A stretch of 64,000 bases of DNA. It comes from Octopus sinensis (Eukaryota). Within the stretch, counting starts at the first letter, position 1. The number at the start of each line of letters is the position of its first letter. Positions 12,401-26,290 of this stretch are shown one piece after another. The stretch spans positions 2,666,001-2,730,000 of the forward strand of contig NC_043002.1 of NCBI RefSeq assembly GCF_006345805.1, in the 5' to 3' direction. The notes beneath the pieces are model-generated. The model saw only the letters and a program-made list of their open reading frames with translations, ran no database searches and had not been told where the DNA came from. Position numbers and translations under genes: made by a program.

Positions 12401-12438
<38 letters not shown>

Positions 12439-12460
12439 TATCATCATCATCATTATTAAT

Positions 12461-12492
<32 letters not shown>

Positions 12493-12495
12493 TAT
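12190..12495. repeat. (AGT)n and (ATC/ATT)n microsatellites
   Basis: Direct reading; source of the poly-M/D/I/S ORFs. Confidence 0.95.
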
Positions 12496-13450
12496 TCAAT
12501 ATTTGATGGTTTCAGGCAAATTTCTACTGCATCTCCTGCTACACTTCCGTGTTGCAGCGTTGTTGCTTCTGCAGCTGCTGCTGCTGCTGTTGTTGTTGTT
12601 GTTGTTTCAAATTTTATGATTATTTCAAATCTTATCAAAATGCTTCACTCTGCAATCGTAAAAATATGATTTCCACCTCGCGGCCAGCTGACCACTGCCA
12701 GTTTTATTAGCGGCTTCTATAAAAGGTTATTGCCCCTGAAACGAGACCTAGAGGGCAACACTGGTTGCTCATTTACTCTGCTTAGATCACACCGTTAAAA
12801 AAAGACTTGTTAGATAATGTAATCCTTCATAACCATAAATATGACGAGATGGGCACGGCTGGAATCCTATTCGTCATAGATCTGTCGGTCAGATTAAGTT
12901 TGGTCAGAAACAAAAAAACTTGTGTTGGAATTTCCATTTCTCTTTTTTTTTTACTTTTAGTATTAATTCCTGAAATTCTTCTAGTTCTAAAATAATTCTA
13001 GTTTTGGTGCTTTTGTAAATGTGACGGAAGAAAGTTGCATCTGATAAGAAAAACGCTTTTGTGGTTGCGCGATTTAGAACAGTAAGTGTGTGTGTGTGCG
13101 TGTGTGTGTGTATGTTTGTGCGTATGTTTGTGTGTGTGTTTGTGTGTATATGTTTGTGTGTGTGTGAATTGAAGGATAAAATTCATATCTCCCGACATGT
13201 TTTATTCTCTATTTTTTATTACTGTAATTTATGTCATGTATCAACAGTGACCTATAGCCAGACCCAACCAGACCCAGCCAGACCCATCAACCAGTTATAA
13301 CTCCGAAATTATTCCATCTTATGCCAGTGTAGCCAACACACTACGGGCAACAACATGCCAAGCTAATCTCAGGATATGTAGTAACGTATCTTATTTACAT
13401 CAAACACCTGACACCTGTACTTATGGATGCAACACAACTAGATTTACTAT

Positions 13451-13500
13451 ATCCCACCCGTAAGTAGCAGGTGCCGGATGGGTCGAAACGATCGTTGGGC
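13451..13500 (+). ncRNA. Disabled hammerhead-ribozyme-like remnant (CUGANGA core absent)
   Basis: CCC...ACCCGT/ATGGGT stem, C-GAAA-CGATCG-TT-GGG; no CUGANGA. Confidence 0.4.
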
Positions 13501-14117
13501 TGAATAAAGATTCATGCTAAATCCATTTTCCGTCTCCCACATTCATTGGTCGTCAAATAAGGCATTTCCTTTCTCAAGACTAAAATATACTTATTTTTCC
13601 TGAAGGGATCTAACAATATACCGCTTATTACAGCTTTAAAAGTTACAATAATTAATGAAGCTAATATATTGTTATATTGAAACATATGTAGAATATCTTT
13701 TTGGATATTTGGGGTTATTTTGTTGATGCGGTTCCTTTTATACTTGCTCCATTTCTTTTGTACTTGTTCTTATAGGTAATCTTTTAATCTTTTAATTAGC
13801 ATTACTTTTCCAATTGTGATACAAATAAAACGAACCGAGCAGCTTTTTCTTTTCCATTTTCTTTTATTGACTTTTTAATTTGTTTTTTTAATATATTTGG
13901 TTAATCCCAGTTGGCATCAATTAACCATATTTGGTTAATCCCAGTTGGCATTACGCAGATATTGTTTCCTCGAATTCTGTATATATATATATATATGTAT
14001 GTATAGATAGATTGATAGATACATACATACATAAATACATACATACATACATACATACATACATACATACATACATACATACATACATACATACATACAT
14101 ACATACATACATACATA

Positions 14118-14650
14118 CATGACGGCTGTCCCCTCGTTATCGAGTATGGTCATTGCACGAAGCTTAACTGTTATTGGTTCTGTGATCGAATGTGACTTTT
14201 ATTTGCTTTTTAAGGCACCATCAACAATCATGAACAATGTTGTTATCGTGCAGGAAGATTATTTTAAAAATGAGGAAATCCCACTCACTAAGCAACAGCA
14301 GCCATAATCCGAAAAGAAGAACAAGTCAACATCATCGGTAACCACAGAGCCGCAGGTTTTATGTCGGAGTTATCCCAGTTACCTAACAAAGGCTAGGAGT
14401 CCTTCACTTTCAATGGTTTAACCGCGCGATCGGGTATTCAGTCCGATTATTTCTATGTCCCCGCGCATGATACAACCTTAAGCCATAAGAAAAAAAATTA
14501 CACATTTATTGGATGGCCGTTTACTCTTAAGAGTTCCTCCGCCCTTTGACGGGTTTTGTTTTTCATCCCGCAGGGTGTCCAATAAACACCCTCCTCACGA
14601 AGCAAGCTTAGTGGGGTTGCCGGTTTGGTCGCCGACGGCCCGACCAGGCA
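14118..14650 (-). mobile_element. Non-autonomous RTE-like element (putative 5' UTR fused to 3' tail), in (ATAC)n
   Basis: 14118-14218 matches tails at 61172-61250 and 63894-63990; the remainder is non-coding and hairpin-rich; (ATAC)n on both sides. Confidence 0.6.
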
Positions 14651-14662
14651 TACATACATACA

Positions 14663-14693
<31 letters not shown>

Positions 14694-15284
14694 GTATGTA
14701 TGCATGTATATATCTACATATGTATGTACTTATAAATTAAAGATGTAATCATTAAAATTATTATATCAGTAGCTAGCGTATAAAAATGATCCAGTCACAC
14801 AAACACACACACACACACGCACACACACGCACACACACACGCACACACACACACGCGCACACACGCACACACACACGCACACACACACACAAACAAACAC
14901 ACACACAGAACAGAGCAGGCCGGTTCGCATTCTCCAGAGAGACTCGATCACAGAAATTGAACATCTGTGAAACATTTCAGTGATTCTCCATCCGAGGTTC
15001 CTAGGATGAACATAAGTGCGCGACCACATACACATATAGACAATATACGCACGCAAACACACATTTACATACACACACACACACACTTGTTCTACTAAGA
15101 TACGTACAGTTGCGATTGCAAGTCCATCCATGCCATACCCCTACCCACGACACGCACACATTCATGAATCCGTCGACCAATTCGGTTGAGGAGGAACAGC
15201 CGAGAATCGCTTTGTTAGCGAACGGTTTGAATTCTGCAAAGGAAACAACTTGAAATATATTCCAAAAGCATTCGCACACACATA

Positions 15285-15905
15285 CAGAGTTACACACATG
15301 CACACACGTACACACACACACATACATACACACACATATATACATACTTACACATGCATACATACCTACATACATACAAACATACATACACACACATATA
15401 CATACATGCATATATATATATATATATATATACATGCATCCTTACAGACATACATGCATACATAATTACATACACACACATACATACATACTTACACGTG
15501 CATACATACATACATACATACATACATAGAAACATACATACATACATACATACATACATACATACATAGAAACATACATACATACATACATACATACATA
15601 CATACATACATACATACATACATACACACACATACATACATACACACATAGAAACATACATATATACATGCAGACATACATACACACACCTATACATAGA
15701 TACAAGTATACATGCATACCTGCATACATACACGCATTACTATATACATACATTCATGCATACATACATACATACACACACATGCATGCATGCACACATA
15801 TATATGTACTTACATTCATGCAAACATGCATCCATTAACGCATGTACACACATACATACACGTGTGTATTCATACACACACACGTACACACACACACACA
15901 CAACT
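15285..15905. repeat. Compound (CA)n/(CATA)n microsatellite
   Basis: Direct reading. Confidence 0.95.
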
Positions 15906-16529
15906 GCCATTAGCGATGCTATGCTCAGTGGTATTCTTATTCCATGCCCTACCACTCTTAGGCAGGTGCATTTTTGAAATATTCACTCGTATATAAACAA
16001 ACACACACACACACACACACACACACCACACACACACACAAACAAACAAACAAACGGAACGGTTTCAATAGAACCAGTGTTAATAGACGAGAAGCTACTG
16101 GAAAACTGTATCGAGTCTATTATAGATTAATATGTCATCTCATCTTATCATGTTGTAAATAGAGATCGGCTGCCATACACAGACGTGTCAACATATATTG
16201 ATGATATTAGAGCTATCAGGAACGAAAGGTTATATAAATGTTACAAAACTCTACTTAACTGATCTCAACTGGCGTCAGAAGGTCTGTGTAATTGAATTGT
16301 GTGCTTACCACAGTTTGGAATTACCAGGCATCAGAAAATCAGGCGCTGTAGCTTTCCAATTAAAGTAATTTAGAAGATAATATTTAGAATCCGAGGAATT
16401 CAGAAATGGTCAGCGTCAGAACCAGTCTGTAGTGAAATTAATAAGAGATCTCATAGTTTATGCGAAAGTCTATAGGAACGTGTCTAGGGGAATTTATAGG
16501 AGAGTTCGTAGGAGAGTGTACACAAGAAT

Positions 16530-16800
16530 TCAATGAAGAGCTAGCTGTTGGAAACGGTGAGGAATCTGACGTTTTTGTCTTCTGCCCTTCATCAAAGAGC
16601 GAGGATAAAAGAGTAAGCGTTGTTGGGATGTAAACAAATGTATGGGAAGGAATTGTTGGATGGAACAGCTTGAAGGTGAACAGGCAAGAACGAGAGATGT
16701 TAGGGTTCCTGATAAACGGAAGATAGGAACTGAGACCACAAAAGTGGAATAAGACAACGAATTCAAGTAAATTGTGTGAAAACGGTAAGTAAAAACAGAT
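16530..16800 (-). mobile_element. Decayed Penelope-like element 3' end with a dead hammerhead
   Basis: Minus strand IFRLSGTL resembles the PLE GIY-YIG C-terminal IFRLGTL; downstream TTGATGAAGGG..AAAACGTCAGA (16598-16563). Confidence 0.45.
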
Positions 16801-19473
16801 CCACTTCTGTCAGTTTGTCGGGAAACCATTGTATTTGAGAAGGTGAGTTCTGTAAAAAAAATAGGGCGGTTTGACACCCTGCGCCCTTAAAGAATGTTTC
16901 AGTACAACAAAGTGAATTTAACCAAATAGAAATAATTTCAACAAGAATTCAAGAAGTCCCGATCGTCAGAGATATCTGAAATAGAACTTAAAAATTAAAA
17001 AAATACCTGAAATTAGCATCAAGTCTTGATGGGCCGTTTTGTTTTTTTACTCGTTACGGACCCTATTATTAAACTTAAAAGTAAATTGCGTTAACGAGAA
17101 AAATAAAATCCCCCTCAAATTGCGCTCAACTATTAAAAAACAGTGGGGGGGGGGATACATCATATTATGTATTACTAGATACATTGTGTTCTCAAAATAA
17201 AACGGAACGAGAAGGATGGAAATCCTTTGACCTTAAATCTGTTCAATCCAGAATGGCCCAAAGGTTAAAAACAACAACAACAGCTGAAAAGCAAATTGTT
17301 TCTTTTAAATAATTCTATGAAAAAATGACAGAGATCTATGTAAGAGGCCACAACTATGGATTCAGTATGTGAAATATATTGTCACCTGGTAAGGACACCA
17401 GCCTATGAAAGCTGACTACCCCAGCAATGCTTGCTACCTATTTTTTACAGCTAGATTAACGATGGTGGTGCAGAAAAAAATCTGCTTAAAACTTAAACAA
17501 ATCCCTTGGGGTGGATCTCAACATTCTTGAATTCGCCATCCTGTCATCTGTCATCTCCTGTCCATTCATTTGGAATAATTTTCTTAACAAAAGAATAAAT
17601 GATAAATTGAAATATAATTGGAAACGTGCACAGTTTCTGTAATGAATGTTATAAGCCGATGTAGGGCCTCTGCTGCAAAGCCTTCTTCCCTTATCAATCC
17701 AGTCAGTTCGTACTTAGCCAACACCTCGGGAAGGAGGTGTGGAAGCTGGACTAATTAATGACTTGCACACAATTGGATTGGCATCGAATTTTTCTTTTCA
17801 ACTATTATTACCCTAAGGTGTGAAAGGCTGAATACGTCTAAGATGATGGGACTAACGATGTTCATAAGGCTAAAATATAAAGGAAAGTGGACTATAGCTC
17901 TCCATGATTGCTAACATATGAATAAAATGGATATTGTCTCCTTGGAAATAGCATATAAAAGGGGTTGGAAAATAGCATATAAAAGAGGGGGTAGACGGTA
18001 AACTTGACGTTGGCACTAATTTGTGAAGGCAAGTAGACACTACCTGTTCTCTTTGATATATAAGCAAGATTAAGCATTTGATCCCTTGTGACATAAACAT
18101 GTAAAAATGGGCGCCAACCTCTGTCCTTTTGATACAAACATGTGAAGGAAAGTTGTCCTCTTAGAATAGCATATAAGGAAAAATAGACAGCAGACTGTCA
18201 CCTAATATAAAAGGGGGGGACACTAAATGTCCTCTTGACTAAATCTAGATACTAACCACTCTCTTGACACTAAGATATACAGAAAAGTGGACAGTAGCCG
18301 CCCTCTTTAAAGGGGACACAAACTGTGCTCTTTAGACTAGTATAAAGATAAATGATAAATTCCAAGTTAGACGGTTCTTCGGTCAAATTTGAATTTCTCA
18401 TTCCATCTTTATTGTTCTCTCTGGGATTAGACAGCATTGCTTTCTCTGAAAGTAGTTAAAGAGAAACAATTTAGCGATGCTTTGGTGTAATATTTCATTT
18501 ACAGTATATTAATTAGACTTTCTATAAATTAGATTCTTTAATTTTAGCGATTTTTTTTTTTACATCCGGCGAGTTGTGGGTGTAATTAACTCCATCAACA
18601 TAATGCAAAAACAAACTTGTTAAATAACCTTATTGTATAGTATTAACGTATAAATTACAGCAAAGTAGCGGGTCGTTACACAAACTAACCATCGTCATCA
18701 CTTGTGCAATCCACCTCAGGAATGCCTTAGTAAAACCACTTAACAACAAACCGGATGAGGATTATTAGACAGGAAATGTTTACGTAGAGTAAAATCACGT
18801 CTTAAAATGAAGCTTATAGTTTCTATAGAAATATTAAGGGTGGGTGAGTGTTAAAGGTTCTGCTGCTGTGTACGTGAGAAAAGGAAATGAAAGGGTGGAT
18901 AGAGTTGTGATATAAGAGTTTGGTTGTGTTTGCCGAACGAGGAAAGTGCGAGGGTGAGAGTGGGAGTTAATGGTTGCAGTTTATTTGTAAAAGCAAAGGA
19001 ACGAGTCACAGGCGCCGGTTTTACTCATTTGCATATTAGTACTTTCACTAGCAGAATGTATTAATTAATAAATAGTGCATTAATCAATAACTATGTTTAT
19101 TGAGATTGCGGTGAGTAGACAAACAGCTTCATAGATGTACGCTTAATAAATCCGATAATAACCGATAGCAACTAGTCAAAAGTAGTCGAGCTTTTCTCAA
19201 GTTTGTCCTACAGAGAGACCCCTGTCATTTACCCACGCGTTCTATTTACACATCAATGCTGAACGTAGGTTTACCACACATACGTAGGTGGACTTAGACA
19301 TAATTTATCCACACACCGCTGACTTACCATTTTAATTTAGTTATTTTATAATTTTCCATTGAAGGAAATGATATGCAAATTTGTAAAATTGGCGCCAGTT
19401 CCTCGTTGCATTGTTTTACAAATAAACTACAAGTTACTAGTTCTCTCTCATGCTCTTTCAGTCTCTCTCCATT

Positions 19474-19507
<34 letters not shown>

Positions 19508-19961
19508 CCTTTCTCTCTCTCTCTCACTCTTTTGTTGGAACACGAATAAACTCTCCCGATGTGACGGCAATAACAAGTCGAAACTAGTCAATTTTTTCTT
19601 GAGTTCGTCTTGCAAAGAGACCCCAGTGAATCGACGACCACAGGTTCTGTTAACTCATTGAAATGGTTATGCAATATACGTAGGTGGACGTAGTCATATA
19701 ACATATGCAGACACTATTGCCTCAGTACCTTAAAATTGACAACTTGCTCAACAACTGATATATACAACAGGGTTTCGTATCTTCCAGGCTCACGTTGTTG
19801 TGTCCCCGTATCCTTGTACAGAAGAGTTTCCTGCGATAAATTAGAGTTATTAAAGCGACCATTAAATCTGCAGAAAGAAATATCGACCTTATGGATCTGG
19901 ATCCATGAAGAAAGTACTTCAAATTTATAACACACACGCTCACATATGAATACAAGCATAA

Positions 19962-20032
<71 letters not shown>

Positions 20033-20371
20033 GTATGTATAATGTTCAAATTCAGTCTGTTGGGATGTTTTGGAAGAATAACGTTAATAAACTAACGACA
20101 TGTCTTTTTTTTACTTCTTTTACTCCACTAACGAGATTTTGACCCAAAAAATGTTTTAATTACTGGAATTTAATTCACTTGGGTAAAATCAAAACAGGTG
20201 TAAGGGAACATGTTGAATTTTTGCTGTTAATATTAACTCTACATCTCCATTTTCTGGTTTTTAATTTGAATATTTATAAACAAGGTAGGAATATTACTAT
20301 TCTCAACAAAATAATAGGGAACAAACAAGTAATTATATCCCTTAAGTTGGTTATTTTACTATAGCAAGAGT

Positions 20372-20607
20372 AAGTCGAGATATATGACATCCACATTTGA
20401 GCCATTTAGTAGCTGTTTTAACACCCAGTCATAGTGTTGCAGGAGCTGTGTTAAGCAGCTTCTACTTGGTCGAAATCCATGCTGGTTATCAGTCAGCAAG
20501 TCATTTTCTTCAAGGAACATGATTAGTTTCTTGCGGACTATTCCTTCCATGACTTTGCTGATGTGTGAGGTCAGAGAGATAGGCATAGAATTTTTAGCAT
20601 CTGCTTT
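20372..20607 (-). mobile_element. CR1-group LINE RT fragment, inverted relative to the 21.3-kb copy
   Basis: PISLTSHISKVMEGIVRKKLIMFLEENDLLTDNQHGFRPSRSCLTQLLQHYDWVLKQLLNGSNVDVIYLD; homologous to about 22195-22430, with many synonymous differences. Confidence 0.92.
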
Positions 20608-20693
20608 GCAGATTTCAAGGTCAATCTTTGCCAAGCGGCTTTAGCTTCGTTACAATAGCAACAGTCCCGATACTTATTAATCATACCTCGTAA
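20608..20693. mobile_element. Solo mariner terminal fragment
   Basis: Matches 24507-24605 with 4 substitutions and a 14-bp deletion. Confidence 0.9.
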
Positions 20694-20701
20694 ATATACA
20701 C

Positions 20702-20740
<39 letters not shown>

Positions 20741-20824
20741 GCATGGCCTGCTAGCTGAAGTTGCCTGTGTAGACCTTGTAAACATATATAATAATTCCAG
20801 TGAAATAAATCCACTGATCACAAA

Positions 20825-21007
20825 AAAATAGAAATAATACATTTCTAAATATCTCAGAGAGATAAAAGCAGCGGTGGTACGATAGAGCAGTTGTATACTG
20901 TCAACTGAATGTGACTCTCACGTTAAGTTGACAGTATACAACTGCTCATTCGTACCACCGCTGCTTATATCTCTCTGAGATATTAAGAAATGTAATATTT
21001 CTATTTT
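20825..21007. repeat. 183-bp near-perfect palindrome (MITE-like or hairpin)
   Basis: 82-bp arms (20825-20906 / 20926-21007) with 5 mismatches; the 19-nt spacer folds further (AATGTGA-CTC-TCACGTT). Confidence 0.95.
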
Positions 21008-21163
21008 ATATATATATATAATATATATAATGTGTGTATGTGTGTGTGTGTGTGTGCGTGTGTGTTGTATATATACTATATATATATATGTGTGTGTGTT
21101 TGTGTGTGTGTGTGTGTGCATATATATATGCATATATATATATGTATGTGTATATATATATAT

Positions 21164-23689
<2,526 letters not shown>

Positions 23690-23726
23690 ATATATATGTG
23701 TGTGTGTAAGTATTTATGTATATATA

Positions 23727-24603
23727 CGTGATCTGATCAATATGTATCCGGACTCTTGCTATAGTAACGAGGCTAAAGCACGGAGAGTAAAGCCGGTTGG
23801 CACAGATTGACCTTAAACTCTGTTGTGCAGGTGCACTAAGTTTCAACGTTCTAACTTACTTCCGTTAGTTACAGCAGTGCTTGGAAGGAAGGTTTGTTAC
23901 GTGTGATAGTCGGACTGACCATGACAGAGAGAGTTGGGCAGAGAATCTGCACCAAATTTTGCCAAAAGCTTTGCGATACCTGCTCAGAGACCGACGCAAA
24001 GTTTTCAAAAAGTTTTCATCATTCTTAATACAATGAAGGAGATCTTGTGCAATTGAAACCTGAGTGTTCTTTTGGTCAGCTGAAAGCAGTTTTGGCACAA
24101 ACTTGACAGCCACCCGTCTCACACCCAAATCTTCAGTGATAATGGACTGAACTGAACCGTAACTAATCTGCACATCCTCTGATAACTCACAGATGGGGAT
24201 TCGACGATTTCCCCTCTCAGCTGCACGCACATCTGCGATGTTTTCCTCAGTTCTGCAGGTTGCGGATCTTCGAGAACTTTCGTCAATATCGACATTTTTT
24301 GCCCATCTTGGAAACGTCATAACCACTCGTACACTTGTGTGCGGCTCATACACTCCCCTCTCCAGACACTTTCTGCAACTTTGCGCAGGCCTCTAAACAG
24401 ATATCGCCATAACAACTTCCCCTGTCGTGGTCACCGCAACGATCACACGCACTGCTGTAAAACAGCGGAAGTGAGCTAGAACGTTAAAACTTACAGCGCA
24501 TTCACAGCAGATTTGAAGGTCAATCTTTGCCAAGCGGCTTTAGTCCGCTTGGTTTAGCTTCGTTACAATGGCAACAGTCCGGATACTTATTGATCATACC
24601 TCG
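23727..24603. mobile_element. Non-autonomous mariner derivative built from two 5' ends; TA target duplication
   Basis: TA at 23725-26 and 24604-05; arms inverted-homologous for more than 200 bp. Plus strand MTERVGQRICTKFCQKL (23920); minus strand MSRTQVYEW..RFQDG..CRTEENI..ISYGSVQSIITEDLGVRRVAVKFVPKLLS..NDENFLKT; no DD34D domain. Confidence 0.88.
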
Positions 24604-24623
24604 TAAATATACACACACACATA

Positions 24624-24667
<44 letters not shown>

Positions 24668-24687
24668 CATATATAATATATATATAT

Positions 24688-24720
<33 letters not shown>

Positions 24721-25380
24721 GTAATTAAGATTCAGTTGAATTAGGTACTTAAGTTGAAGTACCAAGTCAGTTCGGTATTATCCGCGCAGTAAGGTGAATA
24801 AATTCAAGATAGGATTTCAATTAGTAATGCAGTACGACCGTTTCAAGCGGTTCCATCTACTTGAACAATGCAACCATTACATCAATTTAAATACAGCGCT
24901 ATTTTCAGCTGCACAAATATGGAAGTTCAACAGACAAGATACGTTAATATAATTTTTTAAACTATTTTAACAGAGAAAGAGGATGGAAGAAATTCATGTT
25001 GTCACTATTGTAACAAAAATAGCTAAGAGAAGAACAAATTTAGTTGTATAATATTATTTGATAACGAAGGATTTACTAATGATGTATTATAAGTTTCATG
25101 CTCATATAATATAATAATCGGACGAACTAGTGTAGCGTTCCGTGCACTGTCCTGCAATATAACTGCTTTTCCCCCGTTTCTTCGTTCTTTCTCAGAGAAC
25201 AGCCATAATTATAGATTGCAGGACAGCACAATGCACGCTATATAAGCTCATCCGATCATTGTACTATCTGAGCATGAAACCTTATAGCTCATTTTAAAAT
25301 CTTTATTTATTAAATTATACCTATTTCTTGCTGGATTGAACAGATTTGTTGATCGGACGAATAACGGTACACTATGTCTC

Positions 25381-25419
<39 letters not shown>

Positions 25420-25603
25420 TTGTTTGTGTGTGTGTGTACGTATGCAAGTTTGTATGTAATATATGTATGTATATAGATAGAGAGAGAGAGAGACAGAGAG
25501 AGAGAGAGACAGAGAGAGATGGATAGATGGAAAGATAGATAGATAGATAGATAAATAGATAGACAGACAGACAGACAAAGAGACAGGCAGATAAATGTAA
25601 TAT

Positions 25604-25672
<69 letters not shown>

Positions 25673-25789
25673 AAACAAATCAAATGAAAAAAAAACAAAT
25701 AACAAAAGTGTTTAGCATGTCCACAGTTAATATTAAGTTGAGGCTGAAAAAAGAGCAAAAAGGTAACAGAGTAAACGCTATTGAGTAAA

Positions 25790-25868
25790 AGTGTAACGTT
25801 TCGGACATAGTTATTCGTCGAGTCGTAAGGAAAAGTCAAGGGAGAATGTGTGTGTGTGTGTGTGTGTG

Positions 25869-25902
<34 letters not shown>

Positions 25903-26290
25903 GTGTGTGTGTGTGTATAGGTATGTAGTAAAATGACAAACTTTCAGTGGATAATGGAAATCTAACGTTTTGGAAAAGGTCGTTCTTCAAGAAAAATTGA
26001 GAGGATCGCAATTGAAGAGAGACAGCAGAGTTTTGCATCTCTGAGTTAAATAAGCTGTTTGTAACAAATATGGAGCGCAGGACCACGGAGCGCCATGCGT
26101 GGACAGGAAGTATGAAGGTCGAGAAACTGGGTGAGAGAAGTGGAAGTAGAATGGACTAAAGCAGGAAAGCAGACGAAGGTAAAAGTGGGTTGAAGGGAAG
26201 GCTTCCGGAAGGGTCGTAAACATTGACACAGACCGGTCGACAAGGGTGGCGCCGTTGTAGTTTGGCAAACGACCTTTACAGACAAAAAGT
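25790..26290 (-). mobile_element. Decayed Penelope-like remnant with two hammerhead-like relics
   Basis: Minus strand CTTGAAGAACGACCTTTTCCAAAACGTTAGA (25995-25958) and CTCGACGA..CCGAAACGTTAC (about 25825-25795); upstream weak GIY-YIG-like text. Confidence 0.35.

Noticed and set aside
19027-19034. Octamer ATTTGCAT as an enhancer or snRNA element
   Set aside because: Occurs several times in this AT-rich window by chance; no supporting context.
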